64,000 nucleotides of DNA, taken from Raillietiella orientalis (Eukaryota). The position numbers and the translations under genes are program-made. The stretch covers positions 12,028,001 to 12,092,000 of the forward strand of contig JAYWIR010000001.1 in NCBI GenBank assembly GCA_036172245.1, written 5' to 3'. Positions 15,401 to 27,533 of the stretch are shown here, one piece after another; positions within the stretch are counted from its first letter, which is position 1, and each line of letters starts with the position of its first letter. The notes under the pieces were generated by a model. The model saw nothing but the letters and a program-made list of their open reading frames with translations, did not search any database and had not been told where the DNA came from.

Positions 15401-16582
15401 CCTGGCTTGACAGAGGATCAGCATCGAGCCTTAGTGGGTTAGTGTAATCTTCACAAAGTTACAGCTAAGGCCAACTTTTCTCCAGATTTGACACCTGAGC
15501 TAGAGGCTCGTAAGAATTTGATTTCATGTGCTAAGAGTCTAGGGCATGCAGAAATGTTATGCAAGAATGGGAAAAGATTGGTTAGTGAAGAAGAATGGAT
15601 GGCATTGCAAGCAGAAATTAGAAACACCTACCAGCGTTTGAGCTATGCTTGTGAATCTTGCCAACTTCATGAAATTCAGTTGCACAAACAGCAGGAAGAA
15701 ATTGTTGAACTTACCAAAGCCAATGCTTTCTTAGAGAAAGCTTTGGAAAAATATAAAGAGGAAATGATGAGGGAACATCAGCAACAAAAGGAGATAGAAG
15801 AGAAGTGGATGCAATCTATTAAGAATTTCGAGTCCATGCTGTGCAAGGCGCAACAGCAAGAAGAACAATGCCAAGAGTGCTTTAGTGAAATACGTCAAGC
15901 CAACAGTCATGTTGAGGAAGTTTTGTCTATTCAACTGATGAAACTTGAGAGCTGTGTGCAACATCTGGAGCAGCAGTTAATTGGAGTACAGAAAGAGAAA
16001 GATGATGCATATGCTAAGTACACTGAACATTCACATATGCTGAAAGACCGCATGCCAATGCCTGAGAATATACAGGTGAGCTCAGCTGGGAATACTATTA
16101 TCCTGCTTTCAGGATCTTCAGGTACTCATTGTGGACTTGCAAGATGAACTTGTGCGTTGCCATGCATCAAGAGAGAAAACTGAAGGAAAGCTCCGGAATG
16201 AAAATTGCTTTTTACGTGATGAACTTAAAGTAGAACAGTATCAGAAGGAATGCTTGGAGGTTGCCTACAGTGCTGAACTCGAGAATCTAAAGTAAGTTAA
16301 TCTTTGGTTATTCTAAATCATATCTGCTGATTTTACAGAGTTGAACTAAAGAAATTACAGACTTTGCCTAAGCAGATGGATCCTGCCCACTGTGACTTTT
16401 GTAATAATCCCATTTGTTGTGGTTTTGAAAAACAAATTCAGACAGATTGGTCACTACCAACAAACAGTGTGTTTAGATCAGACAGCATTGGCACTTCAGA
16501 TACTATCAGTGAGATTGTTAGCAGCATGATGGATAAGGTGGCAGCTACCACTCAGTACTTAAATGAGGAAAATTCCAAGTAG
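12432..16582 (+). CDS. RABEP1: Rabaptin-5 / Rab GTPase-binding effector protein 1 homolog (multi-exon)
   Basis: Exon peptides match Rabaptin motifs: KRAQLKELFLKKE (about 12500), AKEDAEMLRSLVVPLEEEVTALKDKL (13726+), LEMYVAILSTQKAVLQEDSDRLR (about 14035-14101), QLHEVCKALEEEKKSHGELKQTWQMANDQFLESQR, and RLVSEEEWMALQAE. GT-AG introns, e.g. 12541-13042, 13244-13291, 13570-13725, 13933-13982. The exact start and last exon are uncertain. Confidence 0.88.
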
Positions 16583-18820
16583 GGCTTGAAAGTGCGTAAT
16601 TAATGTTGTGATATTGCGAAAATTTATTGATGGACACATTTTTAAAAATCCACAGAGCATGGAATAATTTATATTTCTGTTTGTAAGACAGTTTGGTAGA
16701 CTTGATTTGCTCAAGTACCTATTTCTTCAAAATGTGAAAGTACTTTATCCCCAGTGATTGTGCATTTGGTACACGTGTACCTGAGTGGCAATTAAACCGC
16801 GAATTAATAATGATAGATCGTGCAATTTGATTGATCTGTGATTTTGTATCTTTACTGTAAATTCTTAATTCTACTGCAGCATGCAACATTTACAGATAGT
16901 CACAGATTAATTAGGCATAAACCATCATAGACTGAAATCCTAGTGTAGGTGAAAGTTTCAAAATTCGATACAAAATCAATATTCATCATTTGTGATTAAA
17001 AGTCTATTGAAGGATAGATAATAAAGATATATTTGTTATATTAATAGTGCGTTGTGATTTTTTCCGGAAAGCTGTGGAAAATTATCTGTGCACTGCAAGA
17101 GGCTCATTGTTGTAATCGAAGAATAATTGGTTGGTTATAATACCGAAATTTCTGGTATGTGTGCATAGAAGTGGTCGCTCAGGTTGGAACTGAAATTTCA
17201 TATCGCGCCAGCAGCCATTATTCAGAGGTCGGCCACCGCAAAAACTCCAATGGCTTTTCCATTCGTGAAGGAGGAAAAAATGCCAGCAGCGACAAAAGTA
17301 TTCAGGGATGCACTTGTTTGACGTAAAGACGAAACGCCAACTGCGAGAAGATGCCTCGCCGGGTTACATCTTCCATCAAGTGCACATTGATTAGAGGTTC
17401 CTGGATGACATTTTACACAGCATTGAGAATTGGGAGGCATTCGGAATTAAGCCTTCATTGCACTTGGATTTACTCGTCGGAATCATTGCCTGTATCATCA
17501 GTCAACGCTTTCAAGTTACATATATACATGTATATGTGTGTGTATATACATATGTATATACCTATAATACATAATTGTATATTTTGTTCAAAGAAAAATG
17601 CATCAAAAGTCGTATTTTGCATTAAAAAGAAGTCAAGTATAAAATCTTGTAGACTGCATATACCCTTCAGCATTACGAATCGTTTGGAAGCAGACGGATG
17701 CTGCACGAATGGAGACATCACCGACACAACCCAGAGGGGTTGTGTGAGCAAACGGTTCCCAAGATAAATCCAGTGCAATAGCCAAACAGCGTGTACCCAT
17801 TTCTGTTGAGGAAATTGGCCATCTGGAAAAGTACAACATGCATAGATGCGAGCGTACAAGAATTTTGTATAATTGCCTACATAGCCTGTTTGCACGACCC
17901 TGCCCTCATCGTATTGCGTCAAACCCCTCTTCGAAAGCGCGCTATGAGATTGAAAAATTCTAGTGACCGAAAATGATTGCAAAAGTGGGAGGAGTGAGAT
18001 CCTTCTGGGTCCTCCAGCACTTTCCATGGAACAGTCCGGGAATCCGCGCATGCGAGTCCCCGAACAACACAATGGAACACTTTCGTCCGAATCGCTCAAA
18101 GGGAAACTGACTTTGGTTTTTCCTCTGCCAGGTAGAGCAACTGATTTTGGCTCCTTAGTGCCCGGAAAGGTAAAATGCAACGTTTTCCAGCGTTGAAAAC
18201 AGGAGAGTACTTTATACGTGGATCAAGGGCGCTTTTTGTCGTGAAGCCATTTGCGGATTCTGCCACGATCCACTTTTTTCCCGCAAAGTACAAAAACTGG
18301 GGGATTCCAGCTGAAAGCATCGAGTTCACAATGACGGCCATGCAACCTAATGTGAGCTCCTTCCGGGAGGTTTATTAGAGACGCGATTGCTAGTTGAAGT
18401 CCATCTGGCAACTTTGTGAATTCGAAGAAGATCATGGAATTCAGATTTGTGAGCGAACTCTTCCATGATAAGGAAAAAAAAAAAAAAGTTTCCACGCATG
18501 TGCCAGTGTGCTGCCTGAGATGGGATGTGCTTTCTCTAGTATTTCCCAGGAAACGGAAACTGCTTTGCAAAACAGATGTGATGGGATTTAACAGAATCAC
18601 AAATTGACTGAACGTCTCATGTCAGCTGTCAACACCTGGCAAGATGCATAAACACCAACAAACAGTTTTCACACACTTTTTTATGTGTGTAATATATACC
18701 AAAGCATATTATGTACTTGCAGTCCTCGTTCACGATTAACACAAACGCTACTGTAGTTCGGAATGAATAAATACTACGAAGCAACGTTCCAGCTCCAGAA
18801 ACCCAAGTACCAACCATTCT

Positions 18821-19369
18821 TTACCACGACCCATCATATACAAAAAAATTCTCCCCTATCGAAGAAAGCTTTACCAAGTCGCAAACAAATCGAGTACATT
18901 GAGTGAACCGTTCCCAAAAGTACATTTCTAAGGGGTACCTTTTCAAGAATGCTTTCTGTGTAATCTCCATAAGCATTTCTTTCGAAATTTTTCTGAGCTC
19001 TCTTAAGATCATTCCTAAGCAGAGCCCAGTCCACAATAATGTAGCCTTTCGTATTGGCCATCAGCAGGATAAAGAGTCCACCAAACACAGTAGGTATCAG
19101 CAGCCTGCCTTTAAATGGTGATGAGACACTCTGAAATTTGGTGACCTTTCTGTAAATGAGTCCAGTATACCTAAAAGCATTCAAGATGCGAGAGGGTAAA
19201 GGGCCACCGAAAATTACCAGCCAAAGACAACCCCCACAGCAGTTTGCTTGGGAGGCGAGCCCCGGCACAAGTTTTTCCACGTCGTTCGAAAACTCTCAAC
19301 GAAAGTGTCTTCGGAATAAGATGTTCCGTCCCCAGCACCTAGAGGCTGTGATGACCGAGGAAGACTCAT
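18821..19369 (-). CDS. FUNDC1: FUN14 domain-containing protein (FUNDC1-like mitochondrial outer-membrane protein)
   Basis: ATG at 19369 gives MSLPRSS...SPPKQTAVGVVFGW with a donor at 19217. The next exon gives YTGLIYRK...PTVFGGLFILLMANTKGYIIVDWALLRNDLKRAQK...ILEK with a donor at 18938. This matches the FUN14 pattern (Q..MGG.TGW..G...KV....GGG..LL..A...GY..IDW). The terminal exon is uncertain. Confidence 0.75.
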
Positions 19370-20840
19370 TTTTCGGCTCGCAACGAAATCACGACTTTGC
19401 GAAGGAACGGAGGGGTCATTGTCGATGTCGCAACAATCGGTGCTTTCGGAACGTCCACTTCTTCACGCCTACCTGCCGACGTCCAGGTTCTTCTCCTTGC
19501 TGGAAGGCCAAGCCTCCGGCAACTCCCGTTCGCGGGAACCGCCACGCTCGGAACAGAAACCGAAGAGGTGCGTCATCTTGTTCGCACATTCCCGCGCGCT
19601 CCAGCATCCGTCCTCCCGAGCAACAAGATGATGTGCGTTCGTCTCGGTTGGCGAAGTCTGCAATGGCGGTGTAAAGCACCATCAGCATAGCGCCATCAAC
19701 GACTTCCTCTGTTCGATACAAGGAAGGGTAAACCAGAATTACTTAGGAGTCTACGATGCTCAACTTGAAGTTCTGGCTATATCCACCCGTCATTGCGTAG
19801 GCACACAATGGCCAGCACTCTCGGAGCAATATCCAGAATATTTCTTCTAGGGGAATCTAGCAGACACAACAAAAAGACAAAGAGTCCAATCTGAACAAGC
19901 AGTCCTTGGCGAAATTTCCACTGCTACAGAAAAAGGCAACACAGAAAGCGAGGAGCTTAATAGAAAAATGGTCCACAAAGGGATGATCTCCATATCCGAA
20001 AAGTTCAATACTTCCAAGTTTTATTCGAAACACTTTGTAGAAAATCAATTGCCCGCCTGTTTTCGTTTCGCATTTTATCGGGCCCTCAAATCCGAAATGA
20101 AAATAGGAAGACCTGAGGCGAATCGCAGTTCATGAAAGCTGGGTGGGGAGTGCAAGCCGGAAAACAACGAAAGTGCTCAGAAAGTACAGAAAAAAATTGA
20201 AAACTCGAACGTTTGATTCTCCCTTTCAAGCATAAACGGAAAAGCAGGAAACCATTATATGAGAGTCTTCATTAAACTCGAGTTTCTGAAGGGTTTGAAA
20301 TATGGCCTATTCCATCAGGTAGTGGGAAAAAGTAATCGTATATTTCCGCTTTGTAACAAGTGCTTATGCAGCACTGAGGTATGTCAGTGAATGAAATAGT
20401 GTGCTCTGTAATATGGGCACAGATACTTGGCTGCGTTTGTTGATCAGGATATCCCAGAGAGATTGTTCCCGAATTTTCCATTCGCCGAGGTGAGTTCCTG
20501 AAGAAAAAGTGACCTACCACATAAACCTCAGCATGGTTTCCCGAACAACCTTTGTATTTCAACGAGAAGCAAAAAAGGAAAGAAAAAGAAAAAAAAATCT
20601 CGAGACAGATGCTTTGCATAAAATGCACAAATCCCTTTTTCCTCGAATGGCTACTTTTCAGGCTTACTCAGGGTACAAATCAAGTTCCAGAGCATTTTGC
20701 AGAAACGCAGAGAGGTGTGGTGCAATCAGCACGTCAGGGGCAACTCGCACGTTTTCCAAGGTCATCTAGCCCGCTACGAGCGATGACTAACGCCAGCTGA
20801 GTGCAAGCGCTTTATCATACTCAAACTAACCCAATACAAC

Positions 20841-20959
20841 GTCTACGGCCATACCACGTTGAAAGCACCGCCTCTCGTCTGATCGGCGAAGTTAAGCAGC
20901 GTCGGGCCCGGTTAGTACTTGGATGGGAGACCGCCTGGGAACCCCGGGTGCTGTAGACA
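20841..20959 (+). rRNA. 5S rRNA: 5S rRNA gene (single copy here)
   Basis: GTCTACGGCCATACCACGTTGAAAGCACCG...GAAGTTAAGCAGCG (box A)...GTTAGTACTTGGATGGGAGACCGCCTGGGAA (box C)...GCTGTAGAC. The ends are complementary (GTCTAC/GTAGAC). A TTTT Pol III terminator follows at 20963-20966. Confidence 0.97.
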
Positions 20960-23419
20960 TCATTTTGCCGAAGCAGCTCGTTTTGCATCCCGGCAGAGGA
21001 GGCTCGTGGAAGCATCCGTGGAGAAGAAAGAAATCCTTGCCAAGAGAACCGGGGCGTGGTCTCTGACTTGCATCCTCTGCTTGCGCGTCCTGGCCCGAAG
21101 GGGTGGCTCTTTGCAGAAAATGGACCCCTGGCTGTCCGAAAAGCTGTTCTCAGCGGAAATGCCGGCTTCTCTGTGATAGGATTCAGGTCTTCCTCTTATG
21201 TCTGCACTTCGGTTGTTTGCTGCTGTGCACCGTAACTTTAAAATTTCCCGGTTTCCGCTCTCCCTTTTCGTCCTTTCCAGTTCAGGTCGTATCGCTCCTA
21301 CAGTTTTCATTTTGCGTCTTGTCTGCTGCTGGAATTCAGCTATTTCTTTCCCCCCCCCCGTGCTTTCTGATGCGACTGAATTTACGTTAGCAATTTCATC
21401 GGTGGGGTTCAATCTCGCGTTTCACCTGCTTGCCGTGCAGCTTGGAAACATCCCTACCCGTCTTTGTTCTGTCTTATTTTGCAGGTTATTTACTGGAGCC
21501 CAGCACACGAAAACACCGCGGTCTTTTTTGCTGGACTAAATCCGAGTCCAAAGGTCTTTTGAACCCTTCTCTTGAATGGACTCTGTGAGTGCTTTCTCAA
21601 GTCCTCCTGTGTTCTGTTTGTTAAATCTTTATCCTAAGACTTCTTGTGCGAGGATTACTGTGATTTAGGTGAAAATAATAACTGCACATTCGACCAAGAG
21701 GCTCAACTGTTGGACCAGAAGAACGGGTGATTCTGTAACTAGCTCGGAATTCATTGTCTGCTTCGTGCTTTATGAGGGGTGATTTTAGTCAAATGACACT
21801 ATAGTCGTCTACAATCGAAGCAATTTTGCACATGGAAAGCATCATTCTGACCCAAGTTGCTTATTTCTGAAGGTCCTGATATCATTCAAAATTAGATTTG
21901 ATGCTTATTTACACCTCCCTCTAAGAACCAGACGGACAAACAGATGGTGCTGTTTTTTTGGTTCGTTTTCTCCAAGTGTCCAGTTTTGAAGATCACTTGT
22001 CTAGAATTGGTCTAGTGCTTCCAGTTTTCAATCAGTCGTCTTCCTGGTCAAATACTGGATTACTGCTATCCTTAGAGAGGAAGTAATTAAGCGTTTCGTA
22101 TTCTTATCTCTTAAAAGCACAACTCACTATGGTCGATCCGGCTCAATTTTCTCCAATATTGGAATCAAATGATATAAAGAACATTATTATAAAATGATGG
22201 CATTTTGTACTCTTAAATTCTGTAACTAATGTTTTTTCTTTTCTAGGAAAAATTTGCTAGTCTACTTGATTTCAGAAAGAAACGTAGGTGAAGCAGAACT
22301 GGTAACATGTACGTTATCTTTGGAATATGGTTTCTCCATGGATGTTTTTTTTTTTTTTTTTAAAAAAAAGTTTACTTTCACTGATATTCCACTTTGGATA
22401 TCACTTCATCCTCATTCGTGGATGAATCACATTCAGAATGAGCGGCCTGGGATCCGGATGGCTAAATTTCACCGCTTTTCCTGGTGCACAAAAAAAATCA
22501 TTTTGAACATTAAGCTTTTGCAATACTTACTTACATAACGAGTGCATTGCATTACATAATGAGTGCTGCCAAATGTCTCCTGACTTGATTCGCTCTTGCA
22601 TGTTTTTTCACGTCAAGTCAAATTTGGTTTGCCGAAGCAATTTTGCAAATTGCTCGTAAGCACGGTACAACTCAGGCTGAATGGAAAAGTGAATAACGAA
22701 ATGTTTCGTAATGTGTTTTTTTGGAGGTGAATCCAACAGAACACAAATGCTTTGGCTTTTCAGACTGCAATTCTCATTGTGATTACGAAGCGCTCGTGTG
22801 ATTTTTCTTTGTGGATTTTGATAACAGAATTTTGACACTACAGGACCAAGTCAATCATTTGACACAAGGATGTACACACGAATGCCGTCTTCGGCTTTTC
22901 TGGTTGCAGAAATGTGACATGTTCTATACGGGTCATAAATTTGTTACGAGGGGAGCCCCTTGGGTTCAAGGGTTATTGGTAAACGCTTGCCAAAAAACGA
23001 ATTTGTATGCCACTTGTCGCGGTTTCGGACTCCAAGGGAAAAAAATTAGTATCATTTCTGATCAAAGAGGGTTGTCATGCGTAGTCACAAATGATTTTTT
23101 TTTTTCTTTCTTCAACTTGATGTGTTATACAATCTACATAAAGCCAAACCCATTTGCCCAGTGTATGATTTAGCAAAATGATTTTATTGTATGACCTTTA
23201 AATTTCATTTTTCCTTCACATTTCTAACATAAAGCCCATGCACTGTATGCTTTGCGTTTAGCATGGTAGCGTAGATATATACAAGTGCAAGTGAATAGGG
23301 GTTACTTTATTGGGAAGTAGTCTTTGTGTTTAGCATTTTTAAAGATATATAAAATATATGAATAAAACTAATGTCTTGATTGTTTTCAAACACAGGTATG
23401 CTAATTTTATTATCACAAA

Positions 23420-26400
23420 ATGAAAGCATGCATTTGGAATACTTGCATTTGCCTATGCATTTTGGTGTTTTATTACCCAATCCATGCAACTATTGGAGAG
23501 GCCCAGATTGATGAAAAAATCAAGAATATGCACAAAGTTTACACTATCAATATACTTCTGTACACAATGCTGTTAACATTGATGGTTTTGACTATATGGA
23601 TATTCAAACACAGAACATTATATTTTCTTCATGAAACAGGCCTGGCCATCATATATGGTAGGGTTTACTTATTGGTTACATATGGCATTTATGTTATTAG
23701 GATTGATCATTGGAGCAGTTTTGCATTATGGGACAGAGAATGCTGAAATTACTCATTTGACTGTAACATCTGCGGAATCTGATAATTATAATGATTTAGC
23801 ACCTCCAGATACTTTATGGATTTCATTACCTCATAGGTCATTTTCTGAAGAACAAAATAAAACATATGCATATAGTTTTCAAGGAGAGGTTATTGATGTT
23901 ACAACAAATGAAATTGAGCAAAAGGTATTGATGCTTTTGGTGCTAGTGATGCTGTAATTGCATTTTTCTTCACAATGAGTGAGTTTTCATTTTAGGCTAC
24001 ATTTAATCCAGAGATCTTTTTTGATATTGCTCTGCCACTTATAATATTTAATGCTGGATATAGCATGAAACGAGTAAGTAAATTTAAAACCAAGCTTTAT
24101 ATCATCCAAATTTTTTAGAAACATTTCTTTACAAATCTTGGCACAATTATGACTTTTGCATTTTTGGGGACAGCTGTATCTGCAATTGCTACTGGGTAAG
24201 AGAATTCTTGCAATCATTTTCTTGCATCACAATTGTTATGGCTCCCCCCTCTTTTTCCCTCTACCCTACTTTAAGAACAAAAAACTTGCTTGTTGCATTA
24301 AATTTTGAAAAAGATTCATGGGAATTGACTCACTTTTTTTTTTTTTTTGTTATCATAGGACCATTGTGTATGGCTTTGTGCAGCTATTGTCCCTCGAATT
24401 TAGTTTTGCTGATTGTTTCTACTTTGGCAGTCTGATCTCTGCCACTGATCCTGTCACAGTTTTAGCTATTTTCAATGACCTTCATGTGGATGTTGACTTG
24501 TTTGCTTTGGTTTTTGGTGAAAGCATACTGAATGATGCTGTTGCCATTGTATTAATTAGGTAGGAATGAAAGTGATTATGGAATCAATCTTCCTTGGATA
24601 GCACTATCCAGAACTACGAGCAGTTACATGGATTTCAGAGCACCACATTTGAAAGCAGAGCTTTCATGTTTGCTGTACTGCATTTTATTTGGATTTTCTC
24701 ATCTTCTTTCCTGCTTGGATGCATCATGGGATGCTGTACTTCTTTGATATCCTTTAGATCTTCATTCTTTTTAGTGTATTCCTTAATGTTTTTATCTGAT
24801 GAAATTTACCAAATTGAAGGATTTCCCACTTTTAGAGTCCAGTCTATTCTTTTTGATGTCTTATAGCACATTCCTAATTGCTGAAGCTGCTGATTTAACT
24901 GGTATTGTAGCACTCCTGTTCTGTGGCATGTGCCAGGCTCACTACACCTACAATAATTTGTCACTTGTTTGCCGCCATTACACTAAGGCCCTTTTTGAAT
25001 TGCTCAACTTTCTGGCTGAGAATTTTGTCTTTTGCTACTTAGGCGTGTCTATCTTCACATTCCCCCGACATCATTGGGATGCTGGATTCATTTTTGCTGC
25101 ATTGGTATCTGCCTTCTCCGTTTTTCATTTATAATTTTTTTTGCCAGCTAGCTACAATTGTAGGACGTGCTTTGAATATATATCCACTGAGCTGGTTGCT
25201 TAATGTGGGGCGCAAGAAGGCATTGCCCTTTAATTACCAACACATGCTGTTTTTTGCGGGTAGATTATGCAAAGAAATAATTATGTGATAGTGTGATAGG
25301 ACTTAGAGGAGCAATGGCATTTGCCTTGGCTATTCGCAACACAGTGTTTGTGGCTAGAGAAGCAATACTAACTGCTACTTCTATTATTATCATTATTTCT
25401 GTGATTGGGTGTGGTGGAGCCACACCACAGCTGTTGCATTTTCTACGAATACCGTGAGTAGATATTAGATTTCAGCTTGTTGTACAGCTCATATATTCAG
25501 AATTGGTATTGTTGAAGAAGGAGATCCCAGAATGCAAGATGGATATAATCAGGTGAATCAGATGCTGGTTAGCTACATGAAAGTTGATTTTGGGGATCTT
25601 TGGTTTTCAAGGAATCAGGCTAATCTATTATGCAGATTGTTTGTCATTTTTCGTAATACAATTTTGTTTGCTAAAGATGTTTCGTTTTCTCATTACCTTT
25701 TTTTTGTCATACCAACTCTGTTGGCATCCTAATGTTCTTTCCTTGCCAGGGATTTGCTACATCTTATGGCACAATGGTTGATTCCCATGGCTCTAATCAG
25801 GTAGGGTTATCACCACAAGAAATACGTGGTACTTATAATGAAAGTGCTGATTTTGTTCAAAATAGTATTTATAAGTTCCCTAGTTATATTGTCCTTTAGA
25901 TTTCAGAGGAATGGATTGGACATTCAGCTGAATCAGTTGCAGACACCACTTCATCTCCATCCAGTAGCCACAAGTCTCGTTTAGCACAGTTGTGGAGCAA
26001 TTTTGATACTCTGTACATGAAGCCTCTATTAACCCACAGCCGCCCTACCTTGATGGACACTCTGCCTTACTGTTGCAATTGTTTGGCTCGCATGCTGACC
26101 AGTACCCAACAGTTGACACAGGTGAGTCGGAGGAAAAACACAGTCTCTCTTACAAGTATGACATTTCCATCAAAGTATCCTCACCCAGAGTTGGATCAAC
26201 ACAGAGGTGCCTCTCAGTTGCAACCTGCAAATGCTTTCCCGGTCAGTAAAAGCATTCACATGTTTGTAATTGTATTTTTCAAAATCGTGTATGATTGCAG
26301 ATCTCATTTTCAAACTTGATAGTTTACCTTGCGTTAGTTTGAATTGAATGGAAGCATTAAACAGTGTATGCATGCTAGTGCAGGATACAGTGTTTTTTCT

Positions 26401-26476
26401 GCATATGGTTTCATGATACAATGTTTTCATTTTGCAGCATGCTAGAAGTTCTGTGATAGGTGTGATGGCTCCATAG
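23420..26476 (+). CDS. Endosomal Na+/H+ exchanger, SLC9A6/7/9 (NHE6/7/9) type, multi-exon
   Basis: Motifs LTIWIFKHR...[21 protein letters not shown]...[28 protein letters not shown]...[70 protein letters not shown] and [20 protein letters not shown]. Most introns are short GT-AG. The final exon (26438-26476) is tentative. Confidence 0.93.
24747..24795 (+). other. U12-type (minor spliceosome) intron with AT-AT termini in the NHE gene
   Basis: 5' site ATATCCTTT at 24747, branch site TTCCTTAAT at 24779-24787, 3' end ...TTTTAT|CTG. Removing it joins [19 protein letters not shown] in frame. No GT donor restores the frame at this point. Confidence 0.85.
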
Positions 26477-27533
26477 CATGTCCACAGCATAGGAAATGCA
26501 GGAGTCATGTGTAAGTGCATGACACAGTGCCGGAATGACTGTTGATTTTGATATTTATCCTTATTTTGGCTAAACTGGCATCACAGTTTGCTTCAGAATT
26601 CTACTGCTGTTTTATTCTTGGTTCATTTTGTGAATTTTAGGCATACTGCATTTCTTGTAGGGTATCACATTCTTCTGCAAAGATTTGGAGGAGTGTGGCA
26701 AAGTAGTCTATGTGAAAGTCATCTAAAATAATGTATCTGTTGCCAGTGATGAAAATTAGTTGCAATTCCACTTAGCAGCAAGCCTGATGTTAATGAAACG
26801 GAAGTTTATGATAAAAGTACGCTCTTGATATTCAAAAAGGCGTTCATAGCTTCAGTCTCTTAAGTAAGCCATAACTGGACAAACAAAACGCCGAAAAAAA
26901 AAAAAAAAGTTTTGATGAGATTGGTGATTAAATTCTTTAATGAACAAAGCATGACGTTTTCCGCTCCAGTTTTTACTTCTACACATGTACTTTTCAATTT
27001 TTTAACCTTAATTGCTATCATGTGTTTCCTCAGAATCGTATGTATTCCACGTTTACGGGATCAAGATGCCTCGTGGAATTTGGCTTGAATACGAGCGTGC
27101 GCGCATGTGGCGAGGCGTAAAAAATCCGTACATAGTACTTTAAAACGATTGCAAATAGTATCGGAGTCAGCCTTGCATGTTAAGGTTGCAATCACAGAAC
27201 ACTTGCTTATCACTCCTTCAAGAATGCAAACGGGGGCATGGTTACCTATCCATCTACTAGAAAACAAAAACACTTGTACTTTATTTGCCAGGGTGCACAG
27301 TGCAGGAAGGGTCACCTGCAGATCTATTTTGAGCAGCCAGATTCTCCGGGACAAGATATTTGAAGAACAAATAAATTTCCACTTTCTGACTAAAGCAAAA
27401 AAGAATGTAAACTACAACAGAAATTAAGAATTTGGTTGAATAATATTCTTCTGGGGCTTTAGAACTATTTACTATCAGATCCAGTGAGGATCTGACAGTC
27501 TATACAGTCCAATCTCATCAGTCCAAATTTGGA

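Noticed and set aside
17470-18341. 236-aa and adjacent minus-strand ORFs as a gene or FUNDC1 extension
   Set aside because: No recognisable homology, the ORF runs through a TA/CA microsatellite, and I could not build a consistent splice model.
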